64,000 nucleotides of DNA from Eledone cirrhosa. Its lineage: Eukaryota. Of this stretch, positions 25,461-36,736 are shown in pieces. The stretch is taken from positions 17,608,001-17,672,000 of the forward strand of contig OZ024740.1 in assembly GCA_964016885.1 (NCBI GenBank), given 5' to 3'. How positions within the stretch are numbered: the stretch's first letter is position 1; every line of letters starts with the position of its first letter. The notes under the pieces were generated by a model. That model saw nothing but the letters and a program-made list of their open reading frames with translations. It ran no database searches and was not told where the DNA came from. Position numbers and translations under genes: made by a program.

Positions 25461-28271
25461 ACCAGAACAACCTGCCACCCTCTACACACCATCATAAACT
25501 GCGAGCAGGGTACAAATTGTTGTCCTTAAATGCTCGCAGTTTATGCAACAAGATACATCTGTTCGAATCCTACGTCAGAAGCATCGACCCTGACTTCATC
25601 ACAGTCACGGAAACATGGGCACATTCCTTACTCTGTGATGGGGTTTTCACCATTACTGGGTACAACCTTTTCCGCAAGGACCACATTAACCGCCGTGGTG
25701 GTGGTGTGATGGTCTACGTTCGTTCAAACTTTTCGGTAATTCCTTACGTTGATTTGAACGAATCACAGGAAGAAGTTTTTTTCTGTGACATACGTATGAC
25801 CATGTCAACACTTCTGCTTGGTGTTGTTTATCGACCCCCAAACTACCATCAGGACACACAGCTTTGCGATATCCTCAGAGTTGCTGCCAAGAAAACAGCC
25901 ACTTATGTGTTTATTGCAGGTGACTTCAATCATCCTGAGATCGATTGGGAAACCTTTCGTTGGCCACAGGGTGCAAACGATTTCCTTGAACTAGTGCTGG
26001 ACTCAAACTGGTCACAAGTAGTCACCTCTCCAACAAGAGGTGACAACACTTTGGACCTGATCTTCACCACTACTCCTGAAGTGGTTATCAGTTGTACTAC
26101 TGAGGAACCTCTAGGCGACTCTGATCATGCTATGATCATTGCCAATCTGGCACTTGAGGGCAGCAACAAATCTCCAATCTGCTTGCTTTGATTGGAAGAG
26201 GGCGGATTGGAACTTGTACTGCACTGAGCTACAGCGCCCAAACTGGCATGAGATGTATAACTCTGGAGATGTGAACTCTATACTCCAGAGCATCCTGGAC
26301 TCAATATGGATAGCGTGTGCAGCATCAGTGCCACGGAAGCGGAAAAATAACCACCCCAAAAGTGCAATCTGGGAAACTTCAGCGGTCCGACTTGCCAGGA
26401 AAGAACGTCGGAACGCTGAACGGGAATATAAACTGCATAGATCAGATGCCAACAGAAAAAAGCGGAATAAATCTTCTAACCATCTCAAGCAAGTGACAAA
26501 GAAGGCAGTGCTTGAATTTGAACAGTGCATCGCAACCAATCCTGACAGTAAGGTGTTCTGGAAATATGTTCATTCAAAGCAGAGACCTCACTCTCCAGTT
26601 GGTCCTCTTCGCAATCCCCACACAAGCCAGATCACTGACGATCCCAAGGAATGCGCAGAACTCATTGCTGAGTGCTATGCAAGTATTTTTACTGTTGAAG
26701 ACCAGAATGTACCATCTCCACCATCTCTAACATCAAATTCCATAACAACTATGGAATTTACACCTGCAATGTTGCGACGTCACCTTAAGAATAAGCGCAA
26801 CTATGCCTCCCCTGGTCTTGATGGTGTGACATACCTGCTTCTCAAACGTGGCGGGGATTTCCTTTTGCGCCAGCTTTCTTTTTTCTTTCAATACTGTCTC
26901 AGCAATGGTGCTACTCCGGAGCAGTGGAAAACTGCCAGTGTCATTCCCCTGTTCAAAAAGGGCAACCGCATGTCACCTGTCAACTATCGTCCAGTCAGTC
27001 TTACTAGCTGTATGGCCAAACTGATGGAATCCTGTGTCAGAGAAACACTTTGGAACTTCTGGAGCTCTCACAGCCTCATCCGGCCCTCACAGTTTGGATT
27101 TATCCCTAACTCCAGCTGCTGTGATCAGCTTATCGAGTTTCTTGAGGACATCACCCGGATCACTGACAGCGGCTCATGGGTGGATGTTGTTTACCTTGAC
27201 TTTGCTAAGGCTTTTAATTCTGTGCCACACAAAAGACTTATGGCAAAACTCTCTGCAATGGGTGTGAGGGATGATCTTTTCGACTGGCTGAAATCCTTCA
27301 TTCTCAGCCGAAAGGAAGTAGTCACGGTTCTAGGACAGCATTCTTCACCATATGAGATGTCATCTGGTGTACCACAGGGATCTGTTCTTGGTCCTCTTTT
27401 GTTTGTGGCATATATTAATGATATAGATGCCAACTTACAGAATGCCACAGTACTAAAATATGCAGATGACATCAAGCTGTACCTTGAAATCAAAAGGACT
27501 GATCCTGAAATTTACAACTCTTTCCTACAATCAGACCTGGACACAATGCAGCAATGGATCACAGACTGGCAACTGAAGCTGGCTGTGGACAAGTGTACCA
27601 CCATGCATTTTGGAAGGAAAAATCCAGCGTCCACATACTCCCTCCACAACACTGACATCAAAAAGTCCTCTTGTGAACGTGACCTGGGCATTACTGTCAG
27701 CAACGATTTGCGTTGGACAAAGCATGTCTCTAAGATTGTCAAGAAGGCCGAGGATGTCTTGGCATCACTCAGCAAGACCTTTGTTAGCCGCTCTCCAGCC
27801 ATCTATTTAAAACTGTATACAGCTATGGTGCGACCACACTTGGAATTCGCATCATCAGTCTGGAACCCCTATCTTGCTCGGAACATTGACCTCCTGGAAA
27901 CTGTTCAGAGACGTGCAACCAAGCGCATACCCTCCATCAGACACCTACCATACTCTGAACGCCTTGCTTCCCTGGGCATGGATTCATTGAAGCGCCGACG
28001 TCTGGCAATGGACTTGGTGAATACCCACAAAGTTTTTAACCATCTCGCCAACTGCAACCCTGAGCGCCTCTTTGATCTCCATGTGTCTAACACACGTGGA
28101 CATGCCTACAAGATAAGAAAACAGCACAGCTCCCATGACTTTCGCAGACATTTTTTCACACTCAGAGTTGCTGAAGCATGGAACAAACTGCCTGCGTCAA
28201 TTGTTAGCTGCCGAGACACTGCATCCTTTAAGACACTCATGCTTCCCAAAATACGCCAAAACTACACCTGA
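25451..28271 (+). pseudogene. CR1 ORF2 (APE endonuclease + RT), broken by one 4-bp duplication
   Basis: APE motifs NARS, TETW, YRPP, GDFN, SDH. RT motifs YRPVSL, DFAKAFNSV, GVPQGSVLGP, YADD. TGCT duplicated at 26180-26187 shifts the frame; removing it restores SPICFDWKR. Confidence 0.88.
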
Positions 28272-28431
28272 TGTACCCCTTCCATACACATGCACACATG
28301 TGTGTATCATGACTCGTGCACTGTTCATTTTACTGATGCTTGTGCATTGCCCTATGTACTGTACATGCACTTTTTTGATGAGTTGTGGTGCACCTGGGCA
28401 CTGTGCACAATATTTCGTTATTGTTATTATA

Positions 28432-28555
28432 TCATGACTCATACACTGTTTATTTTCCTGACATTTGTACATTATTCTATGTACTATACATGCACCTTTG
28501 ATGAGTTGTAGTGCACCTGAGCACTGTACACAATAATTTCATTATTATTATTATA
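28432..28555 (+). mobile_element. Second CR1 3' terminus (short sibling copy) in tandem
   Basis: Shares diagnostic bases (ATTATTCTAT, CACCTTTG, CAATAATTTC) with the copy at 43251-44670. Confidence 0.8.
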
Positions 28556-28577
28556 AATCATTATCATTATTATTTTA

Positions 28578-28762
28578 GATTGGCAGTATCGGTAGAGGAT
28601 CAGACGCCATGCTTTGATGCATAGAGTTACGGCCCTTGCCATTCTAAGTTCAAATCCTGCCGATGTTAACTTTGCCTTTCATCCTTACGGGGTTGATAAA
28701 ATAAAGTACCAGTAATACACTGGGTAATTTCTGGCCTTGTGACAAAAGTAGAAACAATTATT
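28578..28762 (+). mobile_element. tRNA-derived SINE with Deu/Nin-like domain
   Basis: A-box TGGCAGTATCGG, B-box GTTCAAATCC, then TTTGCCTTTCATCCTTACGGGGTTGATAAAATAAAGTACCAG. Confidence 0.8.
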
Positions 28763-28776
28763 TTATATATATATAC

Positions 28777-30803
28777 AGTCTTCCCCACATCGATCCAATA
28801 GAGGGACCAGCAGTGCTAGTTGAAGGTAGTATAATAAGTAAGGCAATCAAAGATATGAAGATGGGTAAGGCCTTCGGAAATAGTTGCTGAAATGCTGAAA
28901 GCATCTGGAATGGTGGGACACACTATGGTCACCCGGATAGTAAACCAAGTGATACAGAATGGGGTCGTTCTGAAGGACTGGCGTAGCAGCATCATCATTA
29001 ACTGCTACAAGGGTAAAGGAGATGCCCTAGATAGGGGTAACTATAGAGGCATTAGATTAATCGACCAGGTCATGAAGGTCACGGAAAAAGTAATAGCGCA
29101 ACTAATCAGAGAGCGAATTGATCTAGATGAAATGCAGTTCGGGTTTGTGTCCGGTAAAAGTACCACAGACGCTCTTTTCATTGTACGACAACTACAGGAG
29201 AAGTACCTAGCTAAAAGTAAACCCCTATACTTAGCTTTTGTTGACTTGGAGAAAGCCTTTGGTAGAGACCCTGCTCCATTATCTGGTGGGCTCTTAGAAA
29301 ACGAAGTGTTGATGAATGGCTTGTGAGAGCTATACAAGCCATGTATAAAGAAACAGCCAGCAAGGTTAGAATTAACAATGAATATAGTGAAGAGTTTAGC
29401 GTAAAAGTTGGTGTTCATCAGGGCTCCGTCCTTAGCCCCCTCCTATTTATTATTGCCCTTCAGGCTATAACAGAGGAGTTCAAGACCCACTGCCCATGGG
29501 AACTCCTATACGCAGATGATCTAACGCTCATAGCTGAATCAATGGCCAAACTAGAGAAGAAATTCCAAACATGGAAGCATGGCCTAGAATCAAAAGGCCT
29601 TAAAATTAACCTGTCTAAGACTAAGGTTCTAGTTTGTAGGAAGGAAAATAGGGCAGCCATCTGGGAAATGGCCATGCTCAGTGTGTAGGAAAGGAGTAGG
29701 CAAAGTATGGGTTAATAAAAGATGTAGTGGGATCACAGGTAAGCTAATTAAGAATATAGATTATATATGTGGCCGGTGCTCTGGTACACTAAGTATCAGA
29801 AAGTGCCCACAGAATACTAGCTCATTCCATTGCACAGATGGTTCTATAGAAATAGTGGACACCTTCCGTTACCTGGGTGACAAAATCAGCAGTGGTGGAG
29901 GGTGCTCTGAAACTACAGTAGCCAGAGTCAGAACGGGATGGAAAAAGTTCAGAGAGCTTATTCCATTATTGGCCGCTAAAGATTTCTCTCTAAAAATGAA
30001 AGGTAGGCTGTATGATGCCTGCATACGAACAGCAATGTTGCATGGCAGTGAGACCTGGGCATTGTGTGCAAGGATATACGCAGACTGGAGAGGAACGAAG
30101 CGTGCATGCTTCGCTGGATGTGTAATAGTAATATACGTGAACGGCAAAGCATAAACGAACTAAGGGAGAAATTAGGAATAAGAGGGATCAGATGTTGTTT
30201 AGACTATGTTGGCATGGTCACGAGATGCGCATGAAAGATGACAGCTGTATAAAAAAGTGCAGGGCGATAAAAATAGACGGTAGCCACGGAGTAGGCAGAC
30301 CCAGAAAAACCTGGGACGACTTGATAAATTCCGACCTCACACACTTACACCTCTCCAAGACAATGTCACTGGACCGAGATCTTTGGCGCTACACAGTTAT
30401 AGAGAAGACCCGCCTTACCTAAATACAAAGTAAAACCTACTACAGTCAGTAGGCACCTCTAACAAAATACACCCCCGTCCCACTACACCCACCCCATCCA
30501 CACCACCCCTTTTGATGTAAAGTTATGTTGGTACAACAACATCCAGTCCGAAACAAATGAGGTCGTGTAGGTGTCACAACAAAAAACACACAGTCCACGC
30601 TGTAATGTGGCCATGTAGGTAACACGGTAAAAACCTCCCAGTCCACACTGTAAATGTGGTTGGTGTTAGGAAGGGCATCCAGCCGTAGAAAACCTGCCAG
30701 ACAGTCCTGAGCAAGACAACCAATCTTGCCTCAAGTGAGAAAATTCCCGTCGAAACCCATGCTAGCGTGGAAGATGGACGTTAAACGATGATGATGATGA
30801 TGA
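28777..30803 (+). mobile_element. RTE LINE, 5'-truncated and decayed
   Basis: RT motifs, partly deleted PHD, (GAT)n tail, (TA)n on both flanks. Confidence 0.9.
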
Positions 30804-30830
30804 TATATATATGCATATATATTGTTTACA

Positions 30831-30911
30831 GTTGCCTGAAAGATGACGGCACATATGTGTGCGAAAGCACAATCTAGCACATGTGCAGAGTTTGAAACCG
30901 GAGGTAGCAAC
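30831..30911 (+). ncRNA. Hammerhead-like motif with a 1-nt core insertion
   Basis: Stem I GUUGC/GCAAC, core CUGAAaGA, extended stem II (GCACAU/AUGUGC plus a GUGC-GAAA-GCAC hairpin), GAAA, stem III ACC-GGA-GGU, GUA triplet. Confidence 0.5.
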
Positions 30912-31011
30912 ATTTATGTGTTGAAGACAATAACCATAATATATATAGTAGGCAAGTCTCTGGCCTTCTGCATGAGCATCCGTACAGTGGAGGACGCGGT
31001 TGCCGGTGATG

Positions 31012-31310
31012 TAGGTTTTAATGTTATTGGTACATGAGTAGCCTATTTTAACAGTATGGTGATTGAATATCTTTTGGTATTTATGGCCAACAGGGAAGTG
31101 GAGATCTAAGAGGGAGAGGAATTGTCTACCGACATTGGTAAGTGTGAAAGGTGGTACAAACCATATGACGTCTTTATGTCTAGGTTCTTTAAAACTAATG
31201 TAGGTAAAATTCCTAGCCCTCCACTTCCCTGTTGGCCAAAAATACTGACATATTCAATCACCATACGGTGAAAATAGGTTACTCATGTACCAATAACATT
31301 AAAACCCATA
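31012..31310. mobile_element. Foldback/MITE-like element with ~90-bp inverted arms
   Basis: 31012-31103 is an imperfect reverse complement of 31218-31310, followed by (TA)n. Confidence 0.65.
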
Positions 31311-31503
31311 TATATATATATATATAATATTAAGGATACTATTTATGGTTATGTACATCAATATATACGCATGTCTCTTGCATTGGAAAGGAGGTCAATC
31401 ATGTGTACAAACATTGAAAAATGCTCCTAAGACTCCAAGCCTAGGTTTGGATGAAACAATTGTAAGTTAATAAATGCTTTGAACATAGCTTTGATTCTTG
31501 TGA

Positions 31504-31560
<57 letters not shown>

Positions 31561-31589
31561 GAAAATTTCGCTCTACATGGCTGAATACA

Positions 31590-32053
31590 ATAAATGTAAT
31601 CTGAGTTTTTCGAATATTAATAATAACATTCGATTTGTTTGCAATTATGCAAACAAGCCTCAATTTTATAGCCATGTCAGTAGAATGAACACTTCATTCT
31701 TGCTCTTGTGTTGGCATGTGAACAGAACTGTTGATCAGTAGATCAGCTAATATGCAGATCTGACTGATCAGCCAGTCTGCTTATATGCAAATCAGGCTGA
31801 TCAGTCACTGTGTATTTTTGAAAATAGCATATACTTTCACTAGCTCTGACAGTTTGGCAGGTGAACAGTGAGCTGTACCGATGAAGGGTGATATCCAGAA
31901 ACATTAGTGTCTGCAGTTCTGTTCGCATGCCAACACAAGAGCAAGAATGAAGGGTTCATTCTACTGACATGGCTATAAAATTGAGGCTTGTTTGCATAAT
32001 TGCAAACGAATCGAATGTTATTATTAATATTCGAAAAACTCAGATTACATTTA
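31590..32053. mobile_element. Foldback element with ~140-bp arms, probable Penelope-like remnant
   Basis: 31590-31730 versus 31914-32053 is a near-perfect inverted repeat. A hammerhead sits at the spacer/arm junction and (TA)n lies on both sides. Confidence 0.65.
31870..31919 (+). ncRNA. Minimal type I hammerhead ribozyme (U4C core variant)
   Basis: 8-bp stem I GAGCUGUA/UGCAGUUC, core CCGAUGA, stem II GGG/UCC, GAAA, near-palindromic stem III ACAUUAGUGU, GUC triplet ending at 31911. Confidence 0.7.
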
Positions 32054-32170
32054 TATATATATATATATATAAAGGTAGAACACTGGAAGGTAATATCCGT
32101 AGTGGTAGAGCACTTAGTCCATGGGACGAGTTTGGTAGAAGTAGTAACACAACAGTTAGTTCACCATACC

Positions 32171-32272
32171 GAGAACAATTGTTTCACCTTATGCAGATCT
32201 TCAGCTGAAGATCCGCATAAGGTGAAACAATTGTTCTCACCTTATGCGCATAAGGTGAAACAATTGTTCTCA
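32171..32272. repeat. Nested palindromes built from a hammerhead-core fragment
   Basis: GAGAACAATTGTTTCACCTTATGCAGATCTTCAG|CTGAAGATCCGCATAAGGTGAAACAATTGTTCTC, plus a further partial copy. Confidence 0.7.
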
Positions 32273-32581
32273 AAAATCAAGATGAAACTCGAATCATTTG
32301 AAATTCATAGAAACAATTTGAAAACTTCAATGCAAGAATAGCTGTTAAAACAACCAAATGCTGTAATGACAGCCAGCAGGACAAGAAAAAACACCCCTAA
32401 GGACAGAAATCAGTGACCAGTGGTTGGCAAAGAGAAGCTGTGAGGTGAGTGACAGGTAGATGAAACATAGAACAGACAGAGGAGAGAAGGAGAAGTGTGT
32501 TGGCACACAAAGTAATAAAAAGAAAGAAAAGATGCACATGTACATATATATGTGTGTATATATATATATGTGTATACACAT

Positions 32582-32612
<31 letters not shown>

Positions 32613-32764
32613 AATATTAGTGATCAAAGAAGTTTCATATGTCATAGCAAAGAGCACACAGTATAAACACTTTAGATCTATATAAAGGACTTATTTTATC
32701 CAAAAGTTTGACATTAAATCTTTCTGTGCTCTATACACTGAAGCTATGTTGATAATTCTATTAA

Positions 32765-32959
32765 TAATAATTGTTTCTACTTTTGGCACAAGGCCAGCAA
32801 TTATCCCAGTGTATTACTGGTACTTTATTTTATTGACCCCATAAGGATGAAAGGCAAAGTTAACCTCGGCGGGATTTGAAATCAGACCATAAAGGACCGT
32901 AACTCTTTGCTGCAAAGCATGGCGTCCGACCCTCTACCGATACTGCCAATCCACCGCCC
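32765..32959 (-). mobile_element. tRNA-derived Deu/Nin-like SINE, full length
   Basis: Minus strand begins GGGCGGTGGATTGGCAGTATCGGTAGAGGG. Same body as 22682 and 28578. Confidence 0.85.
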
Positions 32960-34007
32960 TTTAATTCTATTAATAATAATGATTTCTGATTTAGGCATAA
33001 GGTCAACAATTTTGGGGGAAGTAGATTTTATTGACCCCAGTACTTGACTGGTACTTTAATTTCTTAACCTTGAAGCTATGTATTGAAATAGAGATGTGAA
33101 ATAAAAACTAGTGTTGTTGTTAGCAACTCTGAAAGAGTAAATAAAAAATCAGTTCAAGTTGAGGTTATCCTCATCATCACCGTTTAACATCCATTTTTCC
33201 ACGTTAGCGTGGGTTAGACGAGTTCTCCTGTTGTGAGAAATGCCGGGTCAGGTGATCATGTCTTGCTCATACAGAAATGATTTGGGATTGGTTTCTACAG
33301 CTGGATGCTCTTCCTAGTGCCAACCACATTACAGTGTGGACTGGGCACTTTTTGTCATGTCACCATCACAACCACTGCTTAAGAAAAATTATAGTTGGAT
33401 CTTTGGAGGCGATAGGCAGCATTCAGTACACATGGAAGTAAAGAGAGGGATTAATAAGATTGACTAAAACTCTGGAAAACAGTGCCAGCATAGTCGCAGC
33501 TCAATGACTAGTAGTAATACAGTCTCTTTCACATCAAGTGGTCACCGTGAAGCTGACCGTTTGGCCTTATAGATATTTGGTTCCTTTGTTTGGGATTAGA
33601 GTCACCAAAATCTCTGAGATTTATCAGATGGCCATCTTATTCTTGAGTCCCAGAGACGAAAGAAGTATAATGATAAATAGCCTGCCTACAGGGTCAACCC
33701 CAGCAGTTGCAGAATTCAAGATGTAGTGATCAACAAGATGTAGTGATCAACTGCCTCACACACCGACCCCTATGGGTCTCTATCTCAACCAGGCCAGCAA
33801 AATTCATCCCATCAACAGAAGTTTGGTAAATACATTTTAAATAATACTATTGCAAGTAAACAGACACACACATCATAGCTGACACACATCACACAATTCA
33901 ACTGTGGTTATTTGTTCTTTGTGTATTGTCGTATAACTTTGATGAAAGTTGTGGATTATTTCATTACCAAGAGAATCCCCATCATCATCATCATAATGAA
34001 CACTCAC

Positions 34008-34064
34008 TTGCTTACACACCCGCAATCTCTGGCCACACTGTATCAGACAACAGTCCTCCTTCAC
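34008..34064 (-). CDS. Candidate 57-nt exon of the Cobl-like gene (VKEDCCLIQCGQRLRVCKQ), or a 5'UTR exon
   Basis: Branch-like TACTCAC, acceptor gcgtag|, donor CAA|GTGAGT. The only open frame is phase 0-0, compatible with the 23528 exon. No transcript evidence. Confidence 0.35.
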
Positions 34065-35129
34065 CTACGCAACAGTGAGTACACACACAACTGAATCAAG
34101 GCCACAACACCTCATTATCCACTTTCATTGGACCTGCTATATATATATATACACATATAATTGTATTTTACCATTTAGAGACAGAAGGGTCATGCCCATG
34201 ACCCTTTTAAAGGCTTCTAGATCTGGTGGGAGAGATCTGGTCTGAATGCTTGCAACAGTGTAGACTCCACTAAAGGCACCCAAGGACCAGGTGGTGGTGT
34301 TTAAACCAGGTGACACAGATTAAGTTTACCATACATACAGACAGACAGACATGTGCAGGTACATGTGTATAGACACATTGATATCACTGTACACACACAG
34401 AGCCAGTGTACGCTAAAAAAACAAACCAATAAACAAAAAAAACACTTGAACAGAAAAATAACATGTAAAACCTAAGTAAACATTACTATTGGCAACCATC
34501 CAACCATCTAACCTCTTACTTCCTCTCATCTCTCTCTCTCTCTCTGTCTAGCTCCCTCCCTACCTAGACCATCTCTCTCATACTTCACTTACATGCCTAC
34601 TCCAGACTCTCTTTTTCACTTTACCAATCTACCTACCTACCTCCCAACCCATCTACCTTCCTATATAATCAACCAGTCACAATACAATCAGTATGTATAT
34701 CAAATACTATGACAGTAATGTTCCTTCACACTAGATTAACTAAATCATCAGGTGGGATTAACAAGGATTACCATAAATAACAACTCTACCAATACTTTAC
34801 ACATCTCAACTATCATCATCACAGTATTGATCTCATTAATTCTACTACTCCACTCTATTCTCATCCGATTTCAGTTTTTTTAAACACTACCTTTTTGTTC
34901 CAACCTCATCAAAACACTAAACACATCTACTGCACTTTTCATGCATGCTACTACTTTTTGCAACATTACCAAAGTACTATATGTGTATTTTTATTGTATA
35001 GTACTACCATTTCCTACCTCATTGCAACACTTTATGCACCTGTTCCACTTTTAATGCATACTTATATTATATCTAGATTCATTACATTATGTGCATCTAT
35101 ATTTTTAATGCATTCACCTAATTCTGATC

Positions 35130-35395
35130 CAACTGCAAAGTGGTCGTGGAGGTGCCACGGCAAAAAAGCACTCAGCCCACACTGTAAAGTGGAAGTGAAG
35201 GCGCCACGGAAAAAAAGCACCCAGCACTCACTGTAAATGAGGTTGATGTTAAAAAGGGCATCCAGCTGTAGAAATCGAACCAGAATCAGTTCCCGTATGA
35301 ACAAGACAAGGTCAGCCGACCGGGCACTGCCTACAACAAGACAACCCATCTAACCCATGCTAGCATGGAAGAACGGACAGGAAACGGTGATGATA
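35130..35395 (+). mobile_element. RTE subfamily B / SINE 3' tail fragment
   Basis: CTGCAAAGTGGTCGTGGAGGTGCCACGG...GGGCATCCAGCTGTAGAAA...CCCATGCTAGCATGGAAG. Confidence 0.7.
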
Positions 35396-36679
35396 TTTGG
35401 AGATGTACTGCTGTTACTCTTCCCGTCCAATGGGGGAGATCTCCCACCAACTTTGGGGTGGGTGAGAGATGCCTTCTCGTGAGAAAATGGGTATAGCTTT
35501 CATTATAAAATCTCCCCATTTTGCCCCATTTCTCCCCGTTTTGGGGCACCTTTTTTTCACGGTACTCTTCTTTTGGGTTTTTAGAGGTTGGCAAGTCTGC
35601 ATATGAACAACTGATACTAACTCTAAATCCAAAATGAACAAATGTAGGTGCTTCTATATAGATTCTTAACCTGTCAGAAATAGTTAAATCTCTCTCAAAT
35701 CACACGCATTACTTACACAAAGCCCCCCAAACAAGTACTAGAATATGTACGGTTAACCCTTTTAATGTCAAGCTGCCTGATACTGCTCCTGGTTCTAGGA
35801 TACAAAACTATATTCATCTAATAATCTTCAACAATTTTATGTAAGAACCTTTAAGTTCCAAACACCAATTTAATGAGAAAGTTATATTACAAAATCTCTC
35901 CAAATTCTATATTTTTAAAAGATCCACCTTGACTCCACCCCCATTGGAATTCCCAGCCCAGCAAATAATGACTTACAAACGTTATAGTTCAACATCATAC
36001 ATGCACGCACTATTTACTTCAGTCCACCCTAGTTGTGTTGATGATGCGAGAGAAAGCACCCAGTCCACCCTGTTAGGTGGTTGTGTTGGTGACATGAGAG
36101 AAAGTACCTAATCCACCCAGTAATGGTGGTCAAGCTGGTGACATAACAAAAAGGTCTTAGTCTACCTTGTCAGGTGGTCATGCTGGTGACTCACAAAAAG
36201 CACCTAGTCTACCCTGTTAGGTGTTTGTTTTGGTGCCACAATAACAAGCACACAGTTCACACTGTAATGTGGCTGGCATTAGGATGGGCATTCAGCTGTA
36301 GAAACCAAGCCAAAATACAGATCTGTAGGAGCAAGACATGGTCTTTAGACCTGACTTGTCTGTCTTATAACATGAAAACCTTTCTAACTCATGCAAGTGT
36401 GGAAAAATAGCCATTAAACAATGATGATGATTTACTTAAAAGCAGTACAAGTTTGGTGACTTCATCTGAAACTATACATTATAAGTAAAACAATTATAGA
36501 GTAAATGACTTTAGTTATAACTAAAGTCATTTGAATAATTATTCAAAACACACATATTTATATTTTGTCATAGTATATACTACAAAAATGTCAAATGATT
36601 TTAGTGCCCTACATCTAAGGTCTAGTTACTGATAAAATTCCACAAAGTATATACTATCAGAAAAAAACAAAAAATAAGC

Positions 36680-36732
<53 letters not shown>

Positions 36733-36736
<4 letters not shown>

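Noticed and set aside
35420-35600. hAT-like terminus (GTTGGCAAGTCTG); similar lone transposon-like end near 6335
   Set aside because: No partner TIR or TSD was found.
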